NCBI GenBank assembly: GCA_013343275.1
Contig: CP046106.1
Span: 800,001 to 864,000, forward strand
Length of the DNA: 64,000 nucleotides
Source of the DNA: Candidatus Nanohaloarchaea archaeon
GTDB taxonomy: Archaea; Nanohalarchaeota; Nanosalinia; Nanosalinales; Nanosalinaceae
Direction of reading: 5' to 3'
Shown here piece by piece: positions 8,425 to 17,158 of this stretch; position 1 is the stretch's first letter, and every line of letters begins with the position of its first letter. Position numbers and translations under genes: made by a program. Below the pieces are notes generated by a model. The model was given only the letters and a program-made list of their open reading frames with translations, did not search any database and was not told the origin of the DNA.

Positions 8425-8958
8425 ATGACAGAACTAACATACGAGCTACCAGAAGGATTCGACGTAGAATACACAGATGACGGAGTCCTAAAGGTAGAAG
8501 GAAACGGAGAAGAAACAGAGAAGCAAATCCAGCACTCGCTGGTAGAAGTAGAAGTAGACGGAGATACAGTAAAGTTCACGCCACTAAGAGAGAAGAAAGA
8601 TATAGTCAGCGTGGCAAAGACATTTAGATCCCACCTAGAAAACATGGTAGAAGGCCTGCAGAACTCGCATGTCTACCATCTAAAAGGAGTATACGCACAC
8701 TTCCCGATGACAATCAAGAAGGAAGGCGATGAAGTAGTAGTCGAGAACTTCATGGGAGAAAGACACCCAAGAAGAGCAGACATCATGGAAGGCGTAGACG
8801 TAAACGTAGACGGCGACGAAATCACAGTAAAAGGCCCTAACAAGGATAAGGTAAGTCAGACAGCAGCACGGATCGAACAGCTTTCCCGCAAAGGAAACCG
8901 CGATCCACGTACTTTCCAGGACGGAATCTACATAACAGAGGTGACTCGAAGTGAGTAA
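8425..8958 (+). CDS. rpl6: 50S ribosomal protein L6
   Basis: YAHFPM, NFMGE, DPRTFQDGIYI. Confidence 0.97.
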   Translation: MTELTYELPEGFDVEYTDDGVLKVEGNGEETEKQIQHSLVEVEVDGDTVKFTPLREKKDIVSVAKTFRSHLENMVEGLQNSHVYHLKGVYAHFPMTIKKEGDEVVVENFMGERHPRRADIMEGVDVNVDGDEITVKGPNKDKVSQTAARIEQLSRKGNRDPRTFQDGIYITEVTRSE

Positions 8959-9286
8959 AGACTTCAAAAGACAGGAAACACACAAGAGAAACAGAGTAAA
9001 GAGCTCATGGAGAAAGCCTATCGGCCACCACTCCAATGCACGGCTCAAGAAGAAAAGCGCCCAGAAAATGCCAAAGGCAGGATTCAGAACGCCTAAGGAA
9101 GATAGAGGCAAACACCCTTCAGGATACGAAGAAGTACTTGTACACAATACTGACGATCTTGAGGAAGTAGATTCAGAGACCGAAGCTGCACGGATCGGCT
9201 CCACAGTAGGAGGCCGCAAAAGAGAACAGATAATCGAGAAAGCAGACGATCTTGAAATCAAAGTACTGAACAGAGGTGAAGAATAA
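8951..9286 (+). CDS. rpl32e: 50S ribosomal protein L32e
   Basis: FKRQE, WRKP.G, HPSG.EEVLVHN, VGGRKR. Confidence 0.96.
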   Translation: MSKDFKRQETHKRNRVKSSWRKPIGHHSNARLKKKSAQKMPKAGFRTPKEDRGKHPSGYEEVLVHNTDDLEEVDSETEAARIGSTVGGRKREQIIEKADDLEIKVLNRGEE

Positions 9287-9726
9287 TGGATCTAAAAAAC
9301 CAGAGAAGAATGGCAGCAGACATCATGGATGTCGGAGAAGACCGCGTATGGATCGATCCTGACAACCAGGAGAAAGTAGATGAAGCAATTACACGTCAGG
9401 ATATCAGAAACCTGATCGAAGGAGACACCATTCAGAAGAAAGAAAAGAAAGGAACAAGCAAAGGCCGAGCACGAGAGAAAAAGAAGCAGAAGAAGAAAGG
9501 ACGCAGGAAAGGCCAGGGCAGCAGACAGGGAAAGAAAGGAGCCCGTAAATCCGACAAGAAGAAATGGATGGAAAATATTCGAGCAATCCGATCAGAGCTC
9601 AAAGAAATGAGAGATAACGAAGAAATTACACAGGAACAGTACAGAGACCTGTACGACAGAGCAAAGGGAGGATTCTTTAGAGACACAAAACACCTCAAAA
9701 ACTACGTAGAGAACAAAATGGAGTGA
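9286..9726 (+). CDS. rpl19e: 50S ribosomal protein L19e
   Basis: RVWIDP, AITRQDIR, G.GSR.GKKGAR, AKGG.F. Confidence 0.97.
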   Translation: MDLKNQRRMAADIMDVGEDRVWIDPDNQEKVDEAITRQDIRNLIEGDTIQKKEKKGTSKGRAREKKKQKKKGRRKGQGSRQGKKGARKSDKKKWMENIRAIRSELKEMRDNEEITQEQYRDLYDRAKGGFFRDTKHLKNYVENKME

Positions 9727-9731
9727 GTACA

Positions 9732-10241
9732 ATGGCAGAGACATCAAATTACAAAGTACCTTTCAGAAGGAGAAGAGAACAGAAAACAGACTATGAACAA
9801 CGGCTGAAGCTGGTTAAATCTGGAAAACCACGAGCAGTAGTAAGAACAAGCAACCAGCACACAAGATCACACCTTGCACACTACAAGCGAGAAGGTGACG
9901 TAAACGAGGCCCAGACACTCAGCAAAGAACTAGAAGAATACGGCTGGGAACATAACACAGGCAACCTGCCAGCAGCATACCTGACAGGATACCTGACAGC
10001 CAAAAAAGCAGACTCAGAAGAAGCAATCCTCGACATAGGTCTCAGGGAACAGAAAACAGGAGGCCGAATCTTCGCAGCAGTAAAAGGAATGAGAGACGCA
10101 GGCCTTGAAGTACCTGCAGGAGAAGAAGTATTCCCTGCTGAAGGAAGAATTAGAGGAGAACACATCGAAGAAATGAAAGAAGACTCAAACATTACAGAAA
10201 ACTTTGAAGAAGTCAAAGAAAACATCGAAGGTGAATTTTAA
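9732..10241 (+). CDS. rpl18: 50S ribosomal protein L18
   Basis: PFRRRRE.KTDY..R, NLPAAYLTG, ILDIG. Confidence 0.97.
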   Translation: MAETSNYKVPFRRRREQKTDYEQRLKLVKSGKPRAVVRTSNQHTRSHLAHYKREGDVNEAQTLSKELEEYGWEHNTGNLPAAYLTGYLTAKKADSEEAILDIGLREQKTGGRIFAAVKGMRDAGLEVPAGEEVFPAEGRIRGEHIEEMKEDSNITENFEEVKENIEGEF

Positions 10242-10912
10242 TGGCAGAACAGGAAATAGAAGAAGAAATCTGGACTCCAAAGACAAAACTCGGTAGAGCA
10301 GTGGCCAACGGCCAGATCACAACTATTGAACAGGCTCTAGACCATGAAAGACCGATCATGGAGCCAGAGATCGTCGACCAGCTGACAGATCTGGATGAAG
10401 AAGTAATGCTTATCGGAGGAACTCCGGGAAAGGGAGGCGGAAAAAGAAGAACAGTCTCCAAGAGAACAGCAAGAATGCACAAGTCAGGCGCAAGGTACAG
10501 TTCCAACGCAATGACAGTACTAGGAAACCGTAACGGAGTAATAGGACTAGGCGTAGGAGAATCAGACGATACACGAGCGGCAATCGACGACGCAAATAGA
10601 AACGCCAAGCTTAACCTGATCAAAGTACCTAGAGGAAACGGATCATGGGAGGACAAAGGAGATCACAAGGCCTCCATCCCATTCCAGGTAGAAGGAAAGT
10701 CAGGATCTGTAACAGTAGAGCTTAAACCTGCTCCAAGAGGAACAGGCCTAGTCGCATCCGACGACGTCAAGAAAGTAATGGAGCTCGCAGGAATCGACAA
10801 CATCTGGGTCAAATCCAGAGGAACAACAAGAACACGAGAGAACCTGATCAGAGCAACATTCAACGCTCTGGAGAAACTCTCCGAATATCAGCATGATGGT
10901 GACAACCAATGA
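10241..10912 (+). CDS. rps5: 30S ribosomal protein S5
   Basis: W.PKTKLGR, GSWE, PAPRGTGLV, N...ATFNAL. Confidence 0.97.
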   Translation: MAEQEIEEEIWTPKTKLGRAVANGQITTIEQALDHERPIMEPEIVDQLTDLDEEVMLIGGTPGKGGGKRRTVSKRTARMHKSGARYSSNAMTVLGNRNGVIGLGVGESDDTRAAIDDANRNAKLNLIKVPRGNGSWEDKGDHKASIPFQVEGKSGSVTVELKPAPRGTGLVASDDVKKVMELAGIDNIWVKSRGTTRTRENLIRATFNALEKLSEYQHDGDNQ

Positions 10913-10913
10913 T

Positions 10914-10956
10914 GAAAATCGCAGATTTTCGTGATGCAGAAAACACAGGTGTTTTC
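10914..10956 (+). repeat. Double-hairpin intergenic element, copy 5 (rps5-rpl30)
   Basis: GAAAATC-gca-GATTTTC, gtgatgca, GAAAACA-cagg-TGTTTTC; mini-ORF 10909-10962. Confidence 0.85.
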
Positions 10957-10958
10957 GA

Positions 10959-11306
10959 ATGATTGCAGCAATCAGAGTAAGAGGAGACGTCGACGCAAGC
11001 GACAAAGCAAGTGCAACACTTCAGAACATGAACCTTGAAAGGAGAAATCAGTGCGTAGTATACGAGGACACTGATTCGATTCGAGGAATGCTGAACAAGG
11101 CCAAAGACTACATCACATATGGCCAGGTATCTGATGAAGCGCTTGAACTGCTTGAAGAAAGGAAAGGATCAGAAATTGAATCTGGCGATGTAATTAATCT
11201 AACACCTCCAAGCAGAGGTTATAAGGATACGAAGAGAAATGTAAATCAGGGCGGAAGCCTTGGTGAAAGAGAAAACCTAGATAACCTGATCGAGAAAATG
11301 GTGTAA
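10959..11306 (+). CDS. rpl30: 50S ribosomal protein L30
   Basis: AAIRVRG, GML.K.KDYITYG, L.PP..G, GG.LG. Confidence 0.94.
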   Translation: MIAAIRVRGDVDASDKASATLQNMNLERRNQCVVYEDTDSIRGMLNKAKDYITYGQVSDEALELLEERKGSEIESGDVINLTPPSRGYKDTKRNVNQGGSLGERENLDNLIEKMV

Positions 11307-11339
11307 AGGCCTTTTCTCAAATTTTAAGGTGAACTATCA

Positions 11340-11765
11340 ATGACAAAGAGAAGATCCAAGAAGAATAAGTCCGGAAGCAACGGTTACGGAAGCTCCAAGA
11401 AGAACCGTGGAGCAGGAAGCCGTGGTGGAAGAGGTAAAGCAGGAACAGGAAAGAAAGCAAATCACGAAAAAATGACTGAAGATGGAGTCCATGAGCTAGG
11501 AGAAGAAGGATTTACTCCACACGGCTCCACAGAACAGAACGGAATCAACCTCAAGGACATCGATCAGCGGATCGAAGAGTTCGTCGAACAGGGAGTAGCA
11601 GAAGAAACCGATGATGGCTACATCTTCCACGCCGACGAAGCAGGATACGACAAAGTCCTTGGAAGCGGAAAGCTCTTCAAGGACATCGAAGTCCACGCGG
11701 AAGATTTCTCAGACTCCGCCAAAAGAAAGATTGAAGAATCAGGACAGGAAGCCGTAGAGGAATAA
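11340..11765 (+). CDS. rpl15: 50S ribosomal protein L15
   Basis: RGAGSRGGRGKAG, GYDKVLGSG, FS..A..KIE. Confidence 0.95.
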   Translation: MTKRRSKKNKSGSNGYGSSKKNRGAGSRGGRGKAGTGKKANHEKMTEDGVHELGEEGFTPHGSTEQNGINLKDIDQRIEEFVEQGVAEETDDGYIFHADEAGYDKVLGSGKLFKDIEVHAEDFSDSAKRKIEESGQEAVEE

Positions 11766-11769
11766 CAAA

Positions 11770-13164
11770 ATGTCTTGGATTGTCCAGGCCGCAGGCTATC
11801 TGCCAAGCGTTAAAGAACCCGAAAAAGAACAGTCGCTGAAGCAGATGCTGACCTGGACAGGTATAGTCCTCGTCCTGTACTTCATCCTAGGCTCCATCAA
11901 CCTGTACGGAGCAAACGCAGGCGCAGTAGAACAGGCCCTGCAGACACTACAGACATACCAGACCATTCTAGGAGCACAGATCGGCTCCATAATTACACTC
12001 GGAATCGGCCCAATCGTAACATCCTCCATCATACTGCAGATGCTGGTAGGATCAGAACTACTACCATGGAACACCAATAATGAAGAAGGAAAACAGAAAT
12101 TCCAGGCAGCACAGAAACTAATGGCCTACGCACTGACAATAGTACAGGCCTTCGGATACGTACTTAGCGGAACATTCGGAAACGTAGCAGGAGACCCACA
12201 GCTCATACTACTCCTCGCAGGCCAGATCACGCTCGGAGGATGGCTGATCATCATGATGGACGACCTCGTCCAGAAATGGGGATTCGGATCAGGAACAGGC
12301 CTATTCATCGCAGCAGGAGTATCCAGACAGGTATACATCACAATACTCTCCCCACTGGTAACACCTGAAAACCAGCTATTCTGGACAACAGGAGGAAACC
12401 CGGTCGGAAAACTATTCGTATTCGCACAGACACAGGACTTCACAGCACTAATCCCAATACTCTCAACAATCCTCGTATTCTCCGCAGTAGTATACATGCA
12501 GTCAATGCGTGTAGAAATACCGCTGACATTCGGAAACGTAAGAGGATTTGGACAGAAATGGCCTCTCAAATTCCTATACACATCCAACATGCCGGTAATC
12601 CTGATCGCAGCACTAGTATCAAACATACAGATCGTAGGAACAACACTGGCAGGTCCAGACGGCCAGAGCATCCTCGGAAGCTTCAGCGCACAGGGACAGG
12701 CCCAAGCAGGCCTCGTATACTGGCTTCAAGCACCTGTACAGGTATTCCAGAGCCTGATCACGTCAGGCCTACAGGGAGTAACACCGATGGATATATTCCA
12801 TATATTCTTCTACATCTCAGTGTACGCCTTCGGATCAGTACTGTTCAGCATCTTCTGGATGAAGACCAGCGGACAGGACGCCGATTCAGTTGCGGAACAG
12901 ATACAGGACACAGGTATGAAAGTACCAGGATTCCGAAAAGACAAACGAGTGATCAAGAAAGTACTCAACCGTTACATCCCAGGCCTCACAGTCCTTTCAG
13001 GATTCTCGGTAGGCCTGCTCGCAGCACTCGCAAACATGACACAGGCTGCAGGAGGAGGAACAGGAATCCTCTTGACAGTCATGATCCTCTACCAGCTATA
13101 CGAACAACTGGCACAGAAACACATGGAAGAACTTCACCCGGCAATGAAGGACTTCATCTCCTGA
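11770..13164 (+). CDS. secY: Preprotein translocase subunit SecY
   Basis: LGIGPIVTSSIILQ, KWGFGSG..LFI, PLKFLYTSNMP, PGFR, GTGILL.V. Confidence 0.98.
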   Translation: MSWIVQAAGYLPSVKEPEKEQSLKQMLTWTGIVLVLYFILGSINLYGANAGAVEQALQTLQTYQTILGAQIGSIITLGIGPIVTSSIILQMLVGSELLPWNTNNEEGKQKFQAAQKLMAYALTIVQAFGYVLSGTFGNVAGDPQLILLLAGQITLGGWLIIMMDDLVQKWGFGSGTGLFIAAGVSRQVYITILSPLVTPENQLFWTTGGNPVGKLFVFAQTQDFTALIPILSTILVFSAVVYMQSMRVEIPLTFGNVRGFGQKWPLKFLYTSNMPVILIAALVSNIQIVGTTLAGPDGQSILGSFSAQGQAQAGLVYWLQAPVQVFQSLITSGLQGVTPMDIFHIFFYISVYAFGSVLFSIFWMKTSGQDADSVAEQIQDTGMKVPGFRKDKRVIKKVLNRYIPGLTVLSGFSVGLLAALANMTQAAGGGTGILLTVMILYQLYEQLAQKHMEELHPAMKDFIS

Positions 13165-13226
13165 AAAACCCTCTTTTCCTTTACCCTTTAATCCCTCCGA
13201 ACCAAAAACAAAAGTGATAACAGAAA

Positions 13227-13940
13227 ATGGTACTAGCACAACTCAAAGCAACACTATTCCCATTCCTTACCCAGCTATTCCAGCCGGTACTGGCACAAGG
13301 CCCATACGTATCGCTGTTTTTCTTTTCGGCATGCCTGGCAGGCCTGTTCTCGATAATCTACTGGATACTGCTCGATATAGAGAAAGCAGATGAGATCAAG
13401 GACAAGATGAGCACACATCAGGAGAAAATGAAAGAGGCCCAGAAAGAAGACGACACAGAGAAGGCGCGGAAACACATGTCGAAGTCGATGAAGCTCAACC
13501 AGAAGTTCATGATGCTCAACTTCAAACCGATGATCGGCACCATGATCTTCGTGGCCTTCATGTTCCCATGGCTAGGCCACACCTATACACCTAGCGTTGC
13601 ACTGGATCCAGCGAACAACGATACAAACACCTCTCTGTACACAGGAACACTTGACTACGCTAACAGAGAGGCCGAAGTATTCTACTACAACAATACTGTA
13701 GAGATAGACAACAGAACTGCAGAGATCGGCCAGACAATCCATGCACTCGGAGTCAGATGGGATGTCAGAGGAGTGGACATGGCCAACAGCAGGCCCACCG
13801 CTCTACATTTGGATGCCAACTTTGCCAACATGCCTTTCGGCATACCGTTCGCAGGCAACACGATGAACTGGCTGCTGTTTTACATAATCATCACGATGCC
13901 TCTGACCTATATCTTCAGATCGGCATTAGGCATCCAGTAA
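13227..13940 (+). CDS. DUF106 / EMC3-TMCO1 (Oxa1 superfamily) membrane protein
   Basis: TM, coiled coil, FKPM, TM ... W..FYI, C-terminal R..LG; usual post-secY position. Confidence 0.85.
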   Translation: MVLAQLKATLFPFLTQLFQPVLAQGPYVSLFFFSACLAGLFSIIYWILLDIEKADEIKDKMSTHQEKMKEAQKEDDTEKARKHMSKSMKLNQKFMMLNFKPMIGTMIFVAFMFPWLGHTYTPSVALDPANNDTNTSLYTGTLDYANREAEVFYYNNTVEIDNRTAEIGQTIHALGVRWDVRGVDMANSRPTALHLDANFANMPFGIPFAGNTMNWLLFYIIITMPLTYIFRSALGIQ

Positions 13941-14036
13941 AATCTGCCTCTCTATATCTTCTTATTTCTACTCTAACTTTCTTTCCGCAGAAATCACTCA
14001 ATTCCCGATAAAAAACTAACCACACAACAACTAATT

Positions 14037-15005
14037 ATGGAGAACGCCTCGTGGTACACCCGGGAAAAGGCAGAGCCGTCTGAAGATTTCGGTACGCTGC
14101 CAGAGAAAAGAGATGTAGAGGAACTACTCCAGAAAGGCTTCTTCATAATCGATAAGCCGTTCGGACCGACAAGCAACCAGGTAAGCCACTGGGTAAAAGA
14201 AGAGCTCGACCTCAAAAAAACAGGGCACTTCGGCACACTGGATCCAAACGCTACAGGAATACTTCCAGTAGGCCTCAATCAGGGAACACGAGTAAACAAC
14301 GCCCTTGCACAGGCCCGTAAAGAATACATATTTCTGGCAGAGCTCGACGAAGAGAAAACAGAGGAAGAAATCAGGGAGAAACTCCACGAGTTTAAAGGAG
14401 TGAACAAACAGGTGCCTCCGGAAAAATCTGCTGTCAAAAAAGAGGAGCGCGAAAGAGAAGTATACGAAATAGAACTACTTGAAGCCTCCGATAAAGAAGT
14501 TCTCGGAAGAGTAAAATGCGAGTCAGGATTCTACGTAAGAGTGCTAATCAGAGAGCTCGGAGAAGAACTCGATACAGAAGCAGAAATGACAGAACTCCGG
14601 AGAACACAGCAAGGCCAGCTCACAGAAACAGAAGCAAATACTTTACAGGACATAGTCGATGCATACCACTTCTACCAGGAAGAAGACGACGAAGAAGCCT
14701 TCCGAGAAGTAATCTATCCTATCGAAAAAGCAGTCAACCATCTCAGAAAAGTAGTGATCAAAGACTCAGCAGTAAACGCCGTAGCCAACGGAGCAGACCT
14801 CGGTGCTCAAGGAATTAGTCAGCTACAGGACGATATCAGCGAAGGAGAACAGATCGCGGTAATGACTTTGAAAGGAGAGCTAGTCGCACTTGCAGAGGCC
14901 CAGATGACCTCAGAAGAAATGTACGACAGTGAAGACACAGCAGCAACCCTGAACTCAGTACACATGGATCCAGAAACCTACCCGAAAAGATGGAAACAGA
15001 GCTAA
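14037..15005 (+). CDS. cbf5: RNA-guided pseudouridine synthase Cbf5
   Basis: IDKPFGPTS, GHFGTLDP, C.SG.YVR, ELRRT, PUA domain, YPKRW. Confidence 0.95.
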   Translation: MENASWYTREKAEPSEDFGTLPEKRDVEELLQKGFFIIDKPFGPTSNQVSHWVKEELDLKKTGHFGTLDPNATGILPVGLNQGTRVNNALAQARKEYIFLAELDEEKTEEEIREKLHEFKGVNKQVPPEKSAVKKEEREREVYEIELLEASDKEVLGRVKCESGFYVRVLIRELGEELDTEAEMTELRRTQQGQLTETEANTLQDIVDAYHFYQEEDDEEAFREVIYPIEKAVNHLRKVVIKDSAVNAVANGADLGAQGISQLQDDISEGEQIAVMTLKGELVALAEAQMTSEEMYDSEDTAATLNSVHMDPETYPKRWKQS

Positions 15006-15062
15006 AAAAGGCCTTCTTAATTTAAAACTTCTATCTCAAAATCAACTATACAGACATCTAAA

Positions 15063-15148
15063 GCCGGAGTGACTGAGTGGCTAAAGGTGCCACCCTGGAA
15101 AGGTGGTGAGGCACACGCCTCTCCTGGGTTCAAATCCCAGCTCCGGCG
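15063..15148 (+). tRNA. tRNA-Ser(GGA)
   Basis: Acceptor GCCGGAG/CTCCGGC, anticodon arm CCACC-ctGGAaa-GGTGG, long variable arm, TTCAAAT loop; CCA not encoded. Confidence 0.96.
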
Positions 15149-15160
15149 ACTTAATCTCTT

Positions 15161-15544
15161 CTAGTTTCCGCCGTTCCTTTCTGCAGCCTTTGAAATTACT
15201 ATTTCTCTCTGTACGTGATAGTGCTCTCGGTAGAACTCCATGAAGTACTTTGAAAACCCGTATATCACGAAGAGCAGAGTTACTCCTATATATGAGGCTA
15301 TCTTCTGAAGGATGTAGGCCTGAGGTAGGCCGAAGGTCGCTGCTACCGAAGCTATCAATCCTGCGTAAAGCAGGGATTTTACAATTAGATGGATGGTCTT
15401 AGCTGACCGAAACTTGTCAAGACCGCTCTCATATGATTTAAGCTCTTCCTCATTCAATTCATCTCTAAGGAAGTCTCTTACCTCTTTATCGGCCCTGCCT
15501 AACGGCGTCAACTGGAAAACTTTTTTCTTCAAGGAGTACATCAC
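15161..15544 (-). CDS. Hypothetical membrane protein (2 TM)
   Basis: 127-aa ORF with two hydrophobic helices; overlaps the NUDIX stop codon. Confidence 0.7.
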   Translation of the reverse strand: MMYSLKKKVFQLTPLGRADKEVRDFLRDELNEEELKSYESGLDKFRSAKTIHLIVKSLLYAGLIASVAATFGLPQAYILQKIASYIGVTLLFVIYGFSKYFMEFYREHYHVQREIVISKAAERNGGN

Positions 15545-15975
15545 CTGAACTTCTCCAAGGCCTCTAAACTATGCTTTTTGATCTCGTTACTCGCATCCAA
15601 CTGCTTTACCTCTTTTTCGCTTAACCAGGCCATCTCCTCGATTCCTTCCTCGGTCTCGAAATCATCCTCGTCTGTCTCGACATAGAAAACTGAATCAATA
15701 TGCTGGTGATGGTCATTGATGTCCTGGAGCAAGACTTTGTCTGGCTTCGGAAGCTTTTCGACTCCATCTGATAACTTCTCCCGGCCTTCAATACTTATGT
15801 TCAGGTCTGATTCTTCTTTCACTTCTCTTTCAGCTGCTTTATGCGGTAGTTCGTCCCTGTCGATATGTCCGCCTACCGGCAGCCATTTATCCAGTTTCTT
15901 GTGGAAGTGCAGAAGCACTCTGTCGCTGTTTACCACGAAACAGGTTGCGGTAAAGTGGCGGGTTGTCTCGACCAT
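15541..15975 (-). CDS. NUDIX hydrolase
   Basis: Nudix box GGHIDRDELPHKAAEREVKEE. Confidence 0.92.
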   Translation of the reverse strand: MVETTRHFTATCFVVNSDRVLLHFHKKLDKWLPVGGHIDRDELPHKAAEREVKEESDLNISIEGREKLSDGVEKLPKPDKVLLQDINDHHQHIDSVFYVETDEDDFETEEGIEEMAWLSEKEVKQLDASNEIKKHSLEALEKFR

Positions 15976-16030
15976 GAACAAGTTTTGGCCTCGGGAGCTA
16001 TAAAACTCTCAAGATTGAAACAATCAAGTA

Positions 16031-17158
16031 ATGAAACTGGAGAGAAAGATCGATGTCTTCGGTGCTCTCGCAATACTGCTTTTTGGATCAGTTCTCGGAG
16101 GGTTCGTTACTTACAACCAGATGAACGACAGATTCTCTGCTCTGGAACACAAAGTATCAAATCTCCAGGAACAACAACAGGTAGTCTACATAAACGGCTC
16201 TAACGACGAACAGGCGCTTGTAAGCCTTTATCAGCAGGTAGAGGGCTCAACAGTCTCCATCAACACAATAGGAGGAAATAGATCACAGGGCTCTGGCTTC
16301 GTATACAGCAAGAACGGCTACATAGTTACAAACTATCACGTAATAAAGGGAGCAAAAAGAATAGAAGTAATATTCGATGACGGAACTAAAAGAAAGGCTA
16401 AAGTAGTAGGAAAAGATGTATACAATGATCTAGCGGTACTTAAAGTAGATAAAAAAGGCCTCAACCCGCTTCCACTGGCAAACTCCTCTAAAGTTATGAG
16501 AGGGCAGACAGCAGTTGCAATAGGAAATCCTTTCGGCCTCAGCGGGACCATGACTGCAGGAATAGTATCTGCCAAAAACAGAAATATCAGAACAGAAGGA
16601 GGGTTCTCAATACCAAACGTGATACAGACAGATGCAGCTATCAACCCAGGTAACAGCGGAGGCCCGCTGATCAACATCCACGGAGAGGTAATAGGGGTAA
16701 ACACTGCAATACAGTCCTCTACAGGGACCTTTAACGGTGTTGGATTCGCCATACCATCTAATACTGTTAGAAGAGTTGTCGATAACCTGATAGAGAAAGG
16801 AGAATATGACCACTCGTGGATCGGAGTGTCAGGGCTCACCGTCAACTCTGATATAGTCAAAGGAATGAATCTGAGCACGAACGACGGTTTCCTGGTGATG
16901 ACGGTCGTCAACGGGAGCCCAGCGGACGAAGCAAATCTTCAGGGCGCAACCAGGAACGAAACAATCAATGGGCTAAAATACGCGCTAGGTGGCGATGTAA
17001 TAACAGCCATAAACGGTACAGAGATGAAGGGGATAGGAGATATACTTAGCTACCTCTCTAAAGAGACAAGGCCTGGAGATAAGGTGGTTTTGACGGTTAT
17101 AAGAGATGGAGAGAAAAAAGAGATTCCGCTTGTGCTGGCGCCACGGCCTAAGGATTAA
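16031..17158 (+). CDS. HtrA/DegP-family serine protease with PDZ domain and N-terminal membrane anchor
   Basis: GSGF, TNYHV, DLAV, QTDAAINPGNSGGPL; PDZ GDVI.AING. Confidence 0.96.
   Translation: MKLERKIDVFGALAILLFGSVLGGFVTYNQMNDRFSALEHKVSNLQEQQQVVYINGSNDEQALVSLYQQVEGSTVSINTIGGNRSQGSGFVYSKNGYIVTNYHVIKGAKRIEVIFDDGTKRKAKVVGKDVYNDLAVLKVDKKGLNPLPLANSSKVMRGQTAVAIGNPFGLSGTMTAGIVSAKNRNIRTEGGFSIPNVIQTDAAINPGNSGGPLINIHGEVIGVNTAIQSSTGTFNGVGFAIPSNTVRRVVDNLIEKGEYDHSWIGVSGLTVNSDIVKGMNLSTNDGFLVMTVVNGSPADEANLQGATRNETINGLKYALGGDVITAINGTEMKGIGDILSYLSKETRPGDKVVLTVIRDGEKKEIPLVLAPRPKD

Noticed and set aside
550-10956. Palindromic repeats considered as a CRISPR array
   Set aside because: Copies are dispersed kilobases apart, with no regular spacers and no cas genes.
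705-12671. Many long antisense ORFs (Ser/Phe/Leu-rich) opposite r-protein genes and secY
   Set aside because: These are shadows of purine-rich Glu/Lys codon usage; they have no motifs and fully overlap confident genes.
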